A DNA stretch of 64,000 bases from an uncultured Alphaproteobacteria bacterium (GCA_963825265.1 CAWGSI010000005.1:347556-411555); one strand, 5' to 3'; counted from the first letter of the stretch, positions 49,780-59,139 are shown. The notes: generated by a model not told the origin, from the letters alone. A program made the numbers and translations.

Positions 49780-50046
49780 ATGGACAGCGCCCTCGATGGC
49801 AATGCGGCCGGCGGGCTTTTGCGCGAATTATTCGCGCGCGACATGACGGCGGCGGAAATCGTCTGCGGCGGTTGCGGCGCGGTCGCCGAAATCGGCGCGG
49901 TGCGGGCCTATGGCGGGCCGATGGGCGCGATCCTGCGCTGTACGCATTGTGACACCGTGGTGCTCCGCCTTACGCATACCCCGGCCGGGCTGTGGTTCGA
50001 CATGCGCGGCACGCAATGGCTTTTCGTCGCGGCGGTATCATCGTAG
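49780..50046 (+). CDS. DUF6510-like small protein with CxxC...CxxC
   Basis: LDGNAAGGLLRELFARDMT, CGGC, RCTHC; RBS aggag. Confidence 0.75.
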   Translation: MDSALDGNAAGGLLRELFARDMTAAEIVCGGCGAVAEIGAVRAYGGPMGAILRCTHCDTVVLRLTHTPAGLWFDMRGTQWLFVAAVSS

Positions 50047-50086
50047 TATCATATTGAGCGTCATAATGGGCAGCGAAGGAGTTGTC

Positions 50087-50605
50087 ATGATCCTCGGCAT
50101 GTCGCTTCACACTTTCACCCAGTTGCACGTCGTCATCAGCCTGATCGCGATCGCGAGCGGCGCGATCGTGCTGCTCGGTATGCTCGGCTCGTACCGGATG
50201 CCCGCCTTGACCGGGCTGTTCCTGTTGACGACGATATTGACCAGCGTCACCGGTTTTTTGTTTCCGATTAAAGGCTTTACGCCGGCTATCGGGGTCGGGA
50301 TCGTCTCGCTTGTCATTCTGGCAATCGCGCTGCTGGCGCACTATGGCAGGCATCTCGCCGGCGCTTGGCGCTGGATCTATGTGGTGAGCGCGGTGGCCGC
50401 GCTGTGGTTCAACGCTTTCGTATTGATCGTGCAGACTTTCGAGAAGATTTCGCTGCTCAACCCGCACGCGCCGCAGGTCGGACCGCCGTTTCCCGAGCCG
50501 CAAAATACCCAATTCGCCATTGCGCAAGGCGTGGTGTTGGTTTTGCTGGTCGTGCTCGGGCTTATCGCCGCGATCAAATTCCGTCCGGCGCAGCAAGCCG
50601 ACTAA
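50087..50605 (+). CDS. Hypothetical integral membrane protein (about 5 TM)
   Basis: RBS aagga; alternating hydrophobic segments from FTQLHVVISLIAIASG to the C-terminus. Confidence 0.7.
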   Translation: MILGMSLHTFTQLHVVISLIAIASGAIVLLGMLGSYRMPALTGLFLLTTILTSVTGFLFPIKGFTPAIGVGIVSLVILAIALLAHYGRHLAGAWRWIYVVSAVAALWFNAFVLIVQTFEKISLLNPHAPQVGPPFPEPQNTQFAIAQGVVLVLLVVLGLIAAIKFRPAQQAD

Positions 50606-50612
50606 CGCGGCC

Positions 50613-50894
50613 TTAGTGACGATGCGCGGGCGCTTCGTCCGGCGGCTGATTGACTTGCATCTCGAACAAGACGTCGGCGTTCGGGCAGAAGGGCGGGGCG
50701 AAGCTCACCGCCTGCGGAATGCTGTCGAGCCAGGCGCGGCAGGTCTCTTTGGACGGGCAGGCCGCGCAGCGATGCAGCGCGGTCGCGTAACTCAGGCTCC
50801 AGCGCGCTATCACGCCGCCGGCAGGCTCGATGCCGAGGCACTCCATCATGCGGCAAAGCTGGGTAGATTGACGTTTCCCTGCAACCGCGGGCAT
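50613..50894 (-). CDS. DUF6455-like Cys-rich small protein
   Basis: RMMECLGI, HRCAACPSKETCRAWL, FCPNADVL. Confidence 0.7.
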   Translation of the reverse strand: MPAVAGKRQSTQLCRMMECLGIEPAGGVIARWSLSYATALHRCAACPSKETCRAWLDSIPQAVSFAPPFCPNADVLFEMQVNQPPDEAPAHRH

Positions 50895-50964
50895 GGCGGT
50901 TCATCCTTTTTTCGTTCTTATTAGCCCGGCGCAGTCCTTTTATAGAATCTGCCGCGAATTTTCA

Positions 50965-50978
50965 TTGATCTTTGTCAA
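50965..50978 (-). promoter_or_regulatory. FNR/FixK box of the DUF6455-like gene
   Basis: TTGATCTTTGTCAA (TTGAT-N4-ATCAA, one mismatch). TATAAA on the minus strand at 50944-50939 places the box near -41. Confidence 0.65.
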
Positions 50979-51070
50979 TGCGGGGGATCGGCGGGGAAAA
51001 ATTCGCCGGGAGCTGGCAAAAAAAGCCGCCGTTGCCGGCGGCTTTGTTCGGATCGCGAGAAACCCGGCCG

Positions 51071-51232
51071 TTATTTCAGCTGGGTCGAGATGCTGGTGAA
51101 CTTGTCGTTGAGCTGGGTGCCCAGCGCATTGACCACGGCGATGATAGCAACCGAGATGCCGGCAGCGATCAGACCGTATTCAATAGCGGTAGCCCCCGAA
51201 TCGTTCTTCAAGAATGCAACGAACTTAGACAT
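51071..51232 (-). CDS. flp: Flp family type IVb pilin
   Basis: MSKFVAFLKNDSG|ATAIEYGLIAAGISVAII: prepilin cleavage Gly, Glu+5, Tyr+6. Confidence 0.93.
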   Translation of the reverse strand: MSKFVAFLKNDSGATAIEYGLIAAGISVAIIAVVNALGTQLNDKFTSISTQLK

Positions 51233-51279
51233 GTGAACGCTCCGCGTTATGGATGCGGGGGAACAATAGTTCCTCCGGT

Positions 51280-51294
51280 TTAAAGATACCTTCA
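51280..51294. promoter_or_regulatory. Possible CtrA site upstream of the pilin
   Basis: TTAA-agatacc-TTCA (TTAA-N7-TTAA with one mismatch), about 50 bp upstream of the pilin ATG. Confidence 0.4.
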
Positions 51295-51464
51295 ATGCGG
51301 CGGCTAAAAATTTAGCGGAAAATTCCGCGCCGTCAGGCCGGCAATTATTACAGGTTGTCCATCTTCGATTGTATCTTCCTCTTCCGATTGCAAAATTCGC
51401 GACCGGCGGCGCGTGCAATCAATCCTTTAAAATTTTAGTTTTAGTCGATTATTATCCACAATTC

Positions 51465-52157
51465 TCATACGTCTTCCGGCTTGTCGACGTAGCGCAGCCC
51501 GGCTTTCTCCAGCCCCTCGCGCATTTTGTACAGATCGAGGCTGAGCACGCCGGACTGCAACAGTTTGCGCTTGCCGTCCTCGTCGTCCATGCGCTTCTGT
51601 GCTTTGGCGGCGGTGTCGACCGCAAGCTTCTTCGGGATAATCACCACGCCGTCATCGTCGGCCACCACCACGTCGCCCGGCTCGACATTGACGCCCGCGC
51701 ACACGACCGGAACATTGACCGCGCCGAGCGTGGATTTCACCGTGCCTTTGGCCGAGACCGCCTTCGACCAGACCGGAAAGCCCATCTCCTTGAGCGGCTT
51801 CACGTCGCGGCAACCGGCATCGATCACCAGGCCGATCACCCCGCGCGCCACCAGCGCGGTCGCCAGTAATTCGCCGAACATGCCGTCGGTGTTGTCGGCG
51901 GTGCAGCCGACCACCAGCACGTCGCCTTTTTGGCACTGCTCGACCGCCACATGGATCATCCAGTTGTCGCCCGGCTGCGCCAGCACGGTGACCGCGGGCC
52001 CGGCGATCTGCGCGCCCGGCCAGATCGGCCGCAGGTAGGGCTTCATCAGCCCGGAGCGCCCGAGCGCCTCGTGCGCGGTGGCGACGCCGGCCGCGGCGAG
52101 CGTGCCGATGGCGTTGGGATCGGCGCGTTTGATGTTGCGGACGACGACGGGTTTCAT
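51465..52157 (-). CDS. ligK: 4-carboxy-4-hydroxy-2-oxoadipate aldolase / oxaloacetate decarboxylase (LigK/GalC/ProA)
   Basis: GVATAHEALGRSGLM, AGPAVTVLAQPGDNWMIHVAVEQCQKGD, GMFGELLAT, IDAGCRD. Confidence 0.9.
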   Translation of the reverse strand: MKPVVVRNIKRADPNAIGTLAAAGVATAHEALGRSGLMKPYLRPIWPGAQIAGPAVTVLAQPGDNWMIHVAVEQCQKGDVLVVGCTADNTDGMFGELLATALVARGVIGLVIDAGCRDVKPLKEMGFPVWSKAVSAKGTVKSTLGAVNVPVVCAGVNVEPGDVVVADDDGVVIIPKKLAVDTAAKAQKRMDDEDGKRKLLQSGVLSLDLYKMREGLEKAGLRYVDKPEDV

Positions 52158-52174
52158 TCTTGTTTCCTCCGAAT

Positions 52175-52909
52175 TCAGCCGAGCGTTTCTGCCACGCGCG
52201 GGAACACTGTCTGGTAGGCTTCGCCGTAAGTCATCGGCACGCCGGTATTGCGCGCGCCTTGGATGCCGCGATTGATCGCCACCCGCTCGTAATAGCCCCA
52301 CAAGTGCTTCTGCGCGGCGAGGATCTGGAAGGCCTTGTATTTTGTCTCCCATACCTCATCGATCTTCAGGATCAGATCGGGCTTGTAGTTGCACATCTCG
52401 GGCTGGTGCGGCTCGAACAGGAACACCGGCGGCGCCGAATATTTGTATTGCGCGCCCGGCTTGTGGCCCATGGCCTGCGCCACCACGCGCGTCTCCTGCG
52501 CGAAATGCGCGGCGTTGGGATGATCGAAATTATAGGGGTCCTCGAGCGCGTGGGTGAGCACGAAGGCCGGATTGGTTTCGCGGTAGATGTCGACCATGCG
52601 GTCGAAATGGGCCTCGGTGAGCTTGAGCGGGTAATCGCCGCAATCGAAGAACTCGATTTCGGCGCCGAGCAAGCTGGCTGCGCGCATCGCTTCGTCCTTG
52701 CGGCCGGCTTTGACCTTCTCAAGCGTCGCGCCCGGCTCCTTCCAGGCGAACTGGCTTTCGCCGCGTTCGCCGAACGACATGCAGACGATTTTGACCCGGT
52801 AACCGCGCTTGGCGTGCAGCGCGATGGCGCCGCCCGCGCGCCAGACGAAATCGCCCGGATGGGCGGTGATGACAAGTCCAGTTTTTTGTCCGGTCTTTGC
52901 TTCCGGCAT
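52175..52909 (-). CDS. galB: 4-oxalomesaconate hydratase GalB (PIG-L family)
   Basis: LVITAHPGDFVWRAGGAIALH, SFGERGES, DPYNFDHP, FEPHQPE. Confidence 0.88.
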   Translation of the reverse strand: MPEAKTGQKTGLVITAHPGDFVWRAGGAIALHAKRGYRVKIVCMSFGERGESQFAWKEPGATLEKVKAGRKDEAMRAASLLGAEIEFFDCGDYPLKLTEAHFDRMVDIYRETNPAFVLTHALEDPYNFDHPNAAHFAQETRVVAQAMGHKPGAQYKYSAPPVFLFEPHQPEMCNYKPDLILKIDEVWETKYKAFQILAAQKHLWGYYERVAINRGIQGARNTGVPMTYGEAYQTVFPRVAETLG

Positions 52910-53019
52910 GAGAACTCCCTTTTCCGTGCTGGCCGTTTAAACTAGCTAGTATGCCCGGCGGTCAAGTTGCCGGGCGGCCGGCCGCCCCAAATCATGCCGC
53001 GGTGCGATAGGCTTTCACC

Positions 53020-53889
53020 ATGAGCAACGTTCCTACCACCCTTCGCATCGCCATCGGCGACTATCCGCACACGCTGCCGCTCAAGCGCGGTGAGATCGTC
53101 TCGCCTTGGCTGAAACTCGATTTCGCCGAGGTCAAGCCGATGCACAAGGCGTTCAAGCCGATGGTGCGCGAGCACGCCTATGATGCGAGCGAGATGGCGC
53201 TGGTCACCTATCTACAGGCGAAAGCCTACGACAAGGGGCTCACGCTGCTGCCGGCCGCGATGCTGGCGCGTTTCCAGCACGGCTGCATGCTGTACAACGC
53301 CGAACGAGGCAAGCTCGATCCCGCCCGTCTGCCGGGCTGCCGCATTGGCGTGCGCGCCTATAGCCAGACGACCGGCGGCTGGCTGCGCGGCATTCTGCAA
53401 AACGACTACGCGGTCGATCTTTCGCGCGTGCAGTGGGTCACTTTCGAGGAAGGCCACGTCGCCGAGGCCGAGGAGCCCGCCGGTGTTATCCGCGCCGGCG
53501 CGGATCAGGACATGACCAAAATGCTGATCGACGGCGAACTCGATGCCGCGATTTACGGCGCCGACCTTCCCAAAGACCCGCGCCTGCGAAGCGTGATCCC
53601 GGATCCGCAGGCCGCGGCGCGCGCCTGGTACGGCCAGCACCGCCTGGTGCCGGTCAATCACATGGTGGTCGTGACCGACACGCTGGCACGCGCGAAACCG
53701 GACGCGATCGCCGAACTTTACCGGCTCCTGGAAGCCGGCAAGCGGGCGTCGGGTCTACCGGCTACAGGCGAAATCGATCTCTTGCCGTTCGGCAAGGAGG
53801 CCAACCGGCCTTGTCTTGAACTGCTGCTCTCTTACGCAGTTCAGCAGGCCTTGATTCCGCGGCGGCTCGCGTTCAACGAGCTTTGGTAG
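53020..53889 (+). CDS. 4,5-dihydroxyphthalate decarboxylase-like protein (periplasmic-binding-protein fold, no signal peptide)
   Basis: LRIAIGDYPHT, DASEMALVTYLQA, RIGVRAYSQTTGGWLRGILQ, VPVNHMVVV. Confidence 0.7.
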   Translation: MSNVPTTLRIAIGDYPHTLPLKRGEIVSPWLKLDFAEVKPMHKAFKPMVREHAYDASEMALVTYLQAKAYDKGLTLLPAAMLARFQHGCMLYNAERGKLDPARLPGCRIGVRAYSQTTGGWLRGILQNDYAVDLSRVQWVTFEEGHVAEAEEPAGVIRAGADQDMTKMLIDGELDAAIYGADLPKDPRLRSVIPDPQAAARAWYGQHRLVPVNHMVVVTDTLARAKPDAIAELYRLLEAGKRASGLPATGEIDLLPFGKEANRPCLELLLSYAVQQALIPRRLAFNELW

Positions 53890-53962
53890 GCGGAGTCGAG
53901 CCCTGGCGGGAATTGTGTACGATTGAGAGAATCTACGCCATTTTGCCCATTATTTAGTCGGC

Positions 53963-53985
53963 TGCCTAAGCCTGCAAATTAGGCA
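53963..53985. promoter_or_regulatory. Putative NtrC-type enhancer upstream of urtA
   Basis: Perfect 7-9-7 inverted repeat TGCCTAA/TTAGGCA containing AGCCT-N7-AGGCA; further TGCCC/GGGCA half-sites flank it. Confidence 0.5.
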
Positions 53986-54046
53986 ATCCACAGGGCACGC
54001 AGAAAACATCTACTCATTTCAACTGGTTATCGAGTAATTGCGGCTT

Positions 54047-54062
54047 TGGCACAAGCCTTGCG
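54047..54062 (+). promoter_or_regulatory. sigma54 promoter of the urt-ure operon
   Basis: TGGCACAAGCCTTGCG with exact -24/-12 spacing. Confidence 0.85.
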
Positions 54063-54128
54063 AACCCTGTCACGCGCGGAAATGTCGCCGGGAACAATCG
54101 CGCGCGTCAAACGCAGGGGACTTCGCTC

Positions 54129-55451
54129 ATGCTCAACTCAATTCAGGCGGTCGCGTCGCGACCGAATGCCCGCCGGTGGCTCTCCGCCGCCGCGGGATTG
54201 GCGTTTGCGGCCGTGGCAGCCATCCAGCCCGCCAAGGCCCAAGACACCATCAAGATCGGCATTCTCCACTCGCTCTCCGGCACCATGGCGATCAGCGAAA
54301 CGACGCTGAAAGACGTGATGCTGATGTTGATCGACGAGCAGAACAAGAAAGGCGGTCTGCTCGGCAAGAAGCTCGAAGCCGTGGTGGTCGACCCGGCCTC
54401 GAACTGGCCGCTGTTCGCCGAGAAGGCGCGCGAATTGATCTCCAAGGACAAGGTCGCCGTCGTGTTCGGCTGCTGGACCTCGGTGTCGCGCAAATCGGTG
54501 CTGCCGGTGTTCAAGGAATTGAACTCGATCCTCTTCTATCCCGTGCAGTACGAGGGCGAAGAGAGCGAGCGCAACGTGTTCTATACCGGCGCCGCGCCCA
54601 ACCAGCAGGCCATTCCCGCCGTGGAATACCTGATGGGCAAGGAAGGCGGCTCGGTGAAGCGCTGGGTGCTGGAAGGCACCGACTACGTCTATCCGCGCAC
54701 CACCAACAAGATCCTCGAAGCCTTCCTCAAAGCCAAGGGCGTGAAGGACGAGGACATCATGATCAACTACACGCCGTTCGGCTTCTCCGACTGGCAGACC
54801 GAGGTCTCCAAGATCAAGGCCTTCGGCTCGGCCGGCAAGAAGACCGCGGTGGTCTCCACCATCAACGGCGACGCCAACGTGCCGTTCTACAAGGAGCTCG
54901 GCAACCAGGGCATCAAGGCCACCGACATCCCGGTGGTGGCGTTCTCGGTCGGCGAAGAAGAACTCGCCGGTCTCGACACCAAGCCGCTGGTCGGCCATCT
55001 CGCCGCCTGGAACTACTTCGAGTCGATCAAGACCAAGGCGAACGCCGACTTCATCAAGGAATGGCATGAGTTCACCAAGAATCCGAAGCGCACCACCAAC
55101 GATCCGATGGAAGCGCACTACATCGGCTTCAACATGTGGGTGAAGGCGGTGGAGAAGGTGAAGTCGACCGACCCCGACAAGGTGATCGCCGCGCTACCCG
55201 GCGTCAAGGCGCCCAACCTGACCGGCGGGATTTCCACCATGCTGCCGAACCACCACATCACCAAGCCCGTCTATATCGGTGAAATCCGCGGCGACGGTCA
55301 GTTCGACGTGGTGTGGAAAACCAAGGGTCTGGTCCCTGGCGATGCCTGGTCCGACTTTCTGCCCGGCTCGAAGGACTTCATGTCTGACTGGGTGACCCTC
55401 AAGTGCGGCCACTACAACAAGGTCACCAAGAAGTGCAGCGGTTCGTCGTGA
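54129..55451 (+). CDS. urtA: Urea ABC transporter substrate-binding protein
   Basis: IKIGILHSLSGTMAISE, FGCWTSVSRKSVLPV, YPVQYEGEE. Confidence 0.96.
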   Translation: MLNSIQAVASRPNARRWLSAAAGLAFAAVAAIQPAKAQDTIKIGILHSLSGTMAISETTLKDVMLMLIDEQNKKGGLLGKKLEAVVVDPASNWPLFAEKARELISKDKVAVVFGCWTSVSRKSVLPVFKELNSILFYPVQYEGEESERNVFYTGAAPNQQAIPAVEYLMGKEGGSVKRWVLEGTDYVYPRTTNKILEAFLKAKGVKDEDIMINYTPFGFSDWQTEVSKIKAFGSAGKKTAVVSTINGDANVPFYKELGNQGIKATDIPVVAFSVGEEELAGLDTKPLVGHLAAWNYFESIKTKANADFIKEWHEFTKNPKRTTNDPMEAHYIGFNMWVKAVEKVKSTDPDKVIAALPGVKAPNLTGGISTMLPNHHITKPVYIGEIRGDGQFDVVWKTKGLVPGDAWSDFLPGSKDFMSDWVTLKCGHYNKVTKKCSGSS

Positions 55452-55496
55452 TCTCTTAGCAACCGCCAATCAACCGGAACCGATCATGGCTTCCAC

Positions 55497-55523
55497 GGAG
55501 GCGGCGGGCGTGCCGCCGCCTCC
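55497..55523 (+). other. 11-bp stem hairpin after urtA (probable mRNA-stabilising element)
   Basis: ggaggcggcgg-gcgtg-ccgccgcctcc, no U-tract, between the SBP gene and the permease gene. Confidence 0.55.
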
Positions 55524-55556
55524 CAACGAACAACACAGACGCCGGGAATAATTGCA

Positions 55557-57170
55557 ATGCGTAACTTCCGCGGTCGCATGGCGGCGCTTTTATGCGCCCT
55601 CGGGTTCGTCATCGCTTCCGCGGCGATGGCCCAGGCCGGTCCTTACGAGGACGCGCTGGCCGGATTTACCGAAGGCTCCCTGAGCGATACCGGCGATGCG
55701 ATCGACAAAATCGTCGCCGGCGGCGACCCGCGCGCCGCCAGCTTGCTCGCGGCGCTGGAAGATGCGCGGGTGATGTTCAGCGCGAAGGATAAGAAGGTCT
55801 ATATCAAGACCAAGGACGGCAAGCTCACGGATGCCGCCACCGGCACTGAGATTTCGACGCCGCCGCCGGACGATCTCGACACCGTCATCGTGAACAACCG
55901 GCTACGCAACTCGATCGACGCCGCCATCGGCGGCCTCACGTTGATGGCGCCCGATCCCAACAAGCGCTTCGATGCGGCCCAATCCGTATTCAAGTCGCGC
56001 GAATTGAGCGCGCTGCCCAACTTGGACAAGGCGCTGGCCAAGGAAACCGATCCGCGCGTGAAGAAGGCGCTGGCGGAAGCGCGCGCTGCCGTCATCCTCA
56101 CCGACGAAAAATCGAGCGCCGCCGATCAAATCGCCGCCATTAGGATAATCCGCGACCGCGGCGACCAGGATTCGCTCGGCCTGCTCGACAGTCTGCCGGC
56201 AGACGTGCAGCCCGCGGTACGCGCCGCCGTGGTCGCCGCCCGGGCGCAGATCGCCCGCAGGCTGTTGCTATGGAGCGCGGTGCAGAACACCTGGTATGGC
56301 CTCTCGCTCGGATCGGTGCTGCTGCTCGCGGCCATCGGCTTGGCCATTACCTTCGGCGTCATGGGCGTCATCAACATGGCGCACGGCGAGATGGTGATGC
56401 TCGGCGCCTATTGCACCTACGTGGTGCAGACCGTCATCCGAACCCATAATCCGGCGCTGTTCGACTATTCGCTCGCATTCGCGGTGCCGCTCGCCTTCCT
56501 GGTTTCCGGCGGCGCCGGCGTTATCGTTGAGCGGACCATCATCCGTTTTCTGTACGGCCGCCCGCTGGAAACGCTGCTCGCCACCTGGGGGCTGTCGCTG
56601 ATCCTGCAGCAGGTGGTGCGCACCATCTTCGGTCCGACCAACAAGGACGTGGGCAACCCGTCCTGGATGAGTGGCGCCTTCGATCTCGGCGGCATCACCA
56701 TCACCTATAACCGCATGTGGATCATCGTTTTTACCGCGATGGTGTTCGTAGCCTTGCTCGGAATGCTGCGTTTCACGCGGCTCGGCCTGGAGATGCGCGC
56801 GGTGACGCAGAACCGCGCCATGGCGGCGGCCATGGGCATCCGCACCGCGCGTATCGATGCGCTCACCTTCGGGCTCGGCTCCGGCATCGCCGGCATGGCC
56901 GGCGTCGCGCTCTCGCAGATCGACAATGTGTCGCCCAACCTCGGCCAGGGCTACATCATCGACAGCTTCCTGGTGGTGGTGTTCGGCGGCGTCGGCAATC
57001 TGTGGGGCACGCTGGTCGGCGCAATGACGCTGGGCATCGCCAACAAATTCCTCGAGCCTTTCGCCGGCGCCGTGCTCGGCAAGATCGCCATTCTGGTGCT
57101 GATCATTTTGTTCATCCAGAAGCGTCCGCGTGGCATGTTCGCGCTCAAGGGCAGGGCGGTCGAGACATGA
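55557..57170 (+). CDS. urtB: Urea ABC permease UrtB with periplasmic N-terminal domain
   Basis: GLAITFGVMGVINMAHGE, RPLETLLATWG, GQGYIIDSF. Confidence 0.95.
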   Translation: MRNFRGRMAALLCALGFVIASAAMAQAGPYEDALAGFTEGSLSDTGDAIDKIVAGGDPRAASLLAALEDARVMFSAKDKKVYIKTKDGKLTDAATGTEISTPPPDDLDTVIVNNRLRNSIDAAIGGLTLMAPDPNKRFDAAQSVFKSRELSALPNLDKALAKETDPRVKKALAEARAAVILTDEKSSAADQIAAIRIIRDRGDQDSLGLLDSLPADVQPAVRAAVVAARAQIARRLLLWSAVQNTWYGLSLGSVLLLAAIGLAITFGVMGVINMAHGEMVMLGAYCTYVVQTVIRTHNPALFDYSLAFAVPLAFLVSGGAGVIVERTIIRFLYGRPLETLLATWGLSLILQQVVRTIFGPTNKDVGNPSWMSGAFDLGGITITYNRMWIIVFTAMVFVALLGMLRFTRLGLEMRAVTQNRAMAAAMGIRTARIDALTFGLGSGIAGMAGVALSQIDNVSPNLGQGYIIDSFLVVVFGGVGNLWGTLVGAMTLGIANKFLEPFAGAVLGKIAILVLIILFIQKRPRGMFALKGRAVET

Positions 57171-58339
57171 AGGCGTTTCCGCTCATCCGCATTCTGGATC
57201 GCGGCGCCGTATTGTTCCTGGTGCTGCTCGGCGCCTTCGCGATCGCCATTCCGGTATTGAATTTGCTGGTGCCTTCCGGCTCTGCCCTGCATGTCTCGAC
57301 CTATCTGGTCGCGCTGTTCGGAAAGTATCTCTGTTATGCGCTGCTCGCGCTCTCCATCGACCTCATCTGGGGCTATGCCGGGATTTTGTCGCTCGGCCAT
57401 GGCGCCTTCTTCGCGCTCGGCGGCTATGCCATGGGCATGTATTTGATGCGCCAGATCGGCACCCGCGGCGTTTATGGCGACCCGGTCCTGCCCGACTTCA
57501 TGGTGTTCCTGAATTGGAAGGAACTGCCGGTCTACTGGTACGGCTTCCAGCATTTCGCCTACGCCGCGCTGATGATCCTGTTTGTGCCGGGACTGCTCGC
57601 TTTCGTGTTCGGCTGGTTCGCCTTCCGCTCCCGTGTCACCGGCGTCTATCTTTCGATCATCACGCAGGCGATGACCTTCGCGCTGCTGCTGGGATTTTTC
57701 CGCAACAATTTCGGGTTTGGCGGCAATAACGGGCTGACCGACTTCAAGGACATCCTCGGCTTCAACGTGCAGACCGAGACGACGCGCAACGCGCTCCTGG
57801 TCATCACCTGCATCGCGCTGGCGCTCGCCTTCCTGATCTGCCGGGCGCTGGTCACCTCGAAATTCGGCAAGGTGCTGGTGGCGATCCGCGACGCGGAAGC
57901 GCGCACGCGCTTCCTCGGCTATCGGGTGGAGGCCTACAAGCTGTTCGTATTCACGCTGTCGGCCTGCATGGCGGGCGTTGCCGGCGCGCTCTACGTGCCG
58001 CAGGTCGGCATCATCAATCCGAGCGAATTCGCGCCCGGCAACTCGATCGAAGCCGTGATTTGGGTCGCGGTCGGCGGCCGCGGCACGCTCACCGGCGCGG
58101 TGCTCGGCGCCTTCGTGGTCAACTACGCCAAGACCTATTTCACCTCGGGGTTGCTCGCGCCCTATTGGCTGTTCATGCTGGGCGGCCTGTTCATCGGCGT
58201 CACTTTGCTGATGCCGCGCGGCATCATCGGCACCTACAATAACTGGCGCAGCGGCCGCAACGAGATTTCGGCCGCGGCCAAGAGCGCCGCCAAAGAAGAC
58301 GGTGCGTTGCCGTCGGCATCGCCGCGTGCGGCGGAGTAG
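57167..58339 (+). CDS. urtC: Urea ABC permease UrtC
   Basis: WGYAGILSLGHG, RSRVTGVYLSIITQA, GGNNGLTDFK. Confidence 0.95.
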   Translation: MKAFPLIRILDRGAVLFLVLLGAFAIAIPVLNLLVPSGSALHVSTYLVALFGKYLCYALLALSIDLIWGYAGILSLGHGAFFALGGYAMGMYLMRQIGTRGVYGDPVLPDFMVFLNWKELPVYWYGFQHFAYAALMILFVPGLLAFVFGWFAFRSRVTGVYLSIITQAMTFALLLGFFRNNFGFGGNNGLTDFKDILGFNVQTETTRNALLVITCIALALAFLICRALVTSKFGKVLVAIRDAEARTRFLGYRVEAYKLFVFTLSACMAGVAGALYVPQVGIINPSEFAPGNSIEAVIWVAVGGRGTLTGAVLGAFVVNYAKTYFTSGLLAPYWLFMLGGLFIGVTLLMPRGIIGTYNNWRSGRNEISAAAKSAAKEDGALPSASPRAAE

Positions 58340-58344
58340 GACCC

Positions 58345-59139
58345 ATGATCGAATCCACGACCGCCACGCAGACCGACAAGAAGATCGAAAAGCAGACCAC
58401 CTCGGCGCTGCTCTACCTCGACGGCATTTCCGTTTCCTTCGACGGCTTCAAGGCGCTCAACGAGTTGTCCTTCATCATCGAGCCCGGCGAAATGCGCGCC
58501 ATCATCGGCCCGAACGGCGCCGGCAAGACCACCATGATGGACGTTGTCACCGGCAAGACGCGACCCGATTCCGGCGACGTGTTCTTCCAGGAAGGCACTT
58601 ACGATCTCTCCAAGCTCGACGAAACCGAAATCGCCGAGCTCGGCATCGGCCGCAAGTTCCAGAAGCCGACCGTGTTCGAGATGCATACGGTGGAAGACAA
58701 TCTGCTGCTGGCGCTCAAGAACGACCGCCGCGTGCGCGCGACACTGTTGTGGCAGTCGTCGCTGGCGCAGGAGGCGCGCATCGACGGCATCCTCGACACC
58801 ATCCGCCTGAAGCCACTGCGCTCGCGCGTCGCCGGCGGCCTGTCGCACGGGCAGAAGCAATGGCTGGAGATCGGCATGCTGCTGGCGCAGGAGCCGAAAC
58901 TGCTGCTGGTCGACGAACCGGTCGCCGGCATGACCGACGTCGAGACCATGCAGACCGCCGAACTGCTGAAAGAGATCAACAAGACCAAGACGGTCGTGGT
59001 GGTCGAGCACGACATGGCTTTCGTGCGCGAGCTCGGCGTCAAAGTGACCTGCCTGCACGAGGGTTCGGTGCTAGCGGAAGGCTCGATCGATCAGGTGTCG
59101 ACCAACGATCGCGTGGTCGAAGTGTATTTGGGGCGCTAG
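58345..59139 (+). CDS. urtD: Urea ABC ATPase UrtD
   Basis: GPNGAGKTT, GRKFQKP, LSHGQKQWLEIGM. Confidence 0.95.
   Translation: MIESTTATQTDKKIEKQTTSALLYLDGISVSFDGFKALNELSFIIEPGEMRAIIGPNGAGKTTMMDVVTGKTRPDSGDVFFQEGTYDLSKLDETEIAELGIGRKFQKPTVFEMHTVEDNLLLALKNDRRVRATLLWQSSLAQEARIDGILDTIRLKPLRSRVAGGLSHGQKQWLEIGMLLAQEPKLLLVDEPVAGMTDVETMQTAELLKEINKTKTVVVVEHDMAFVRELGVKVTCLHEGSVLAEGSIDQVSTNDRVVEVYLGR

Noticed and set aside
51240-51464. Replication origin suggested by a DnaA box and AT-rich DNA
   Set aside because: Only one clear DnaA box, a short region, and none of the usual oriC-flanking genes.
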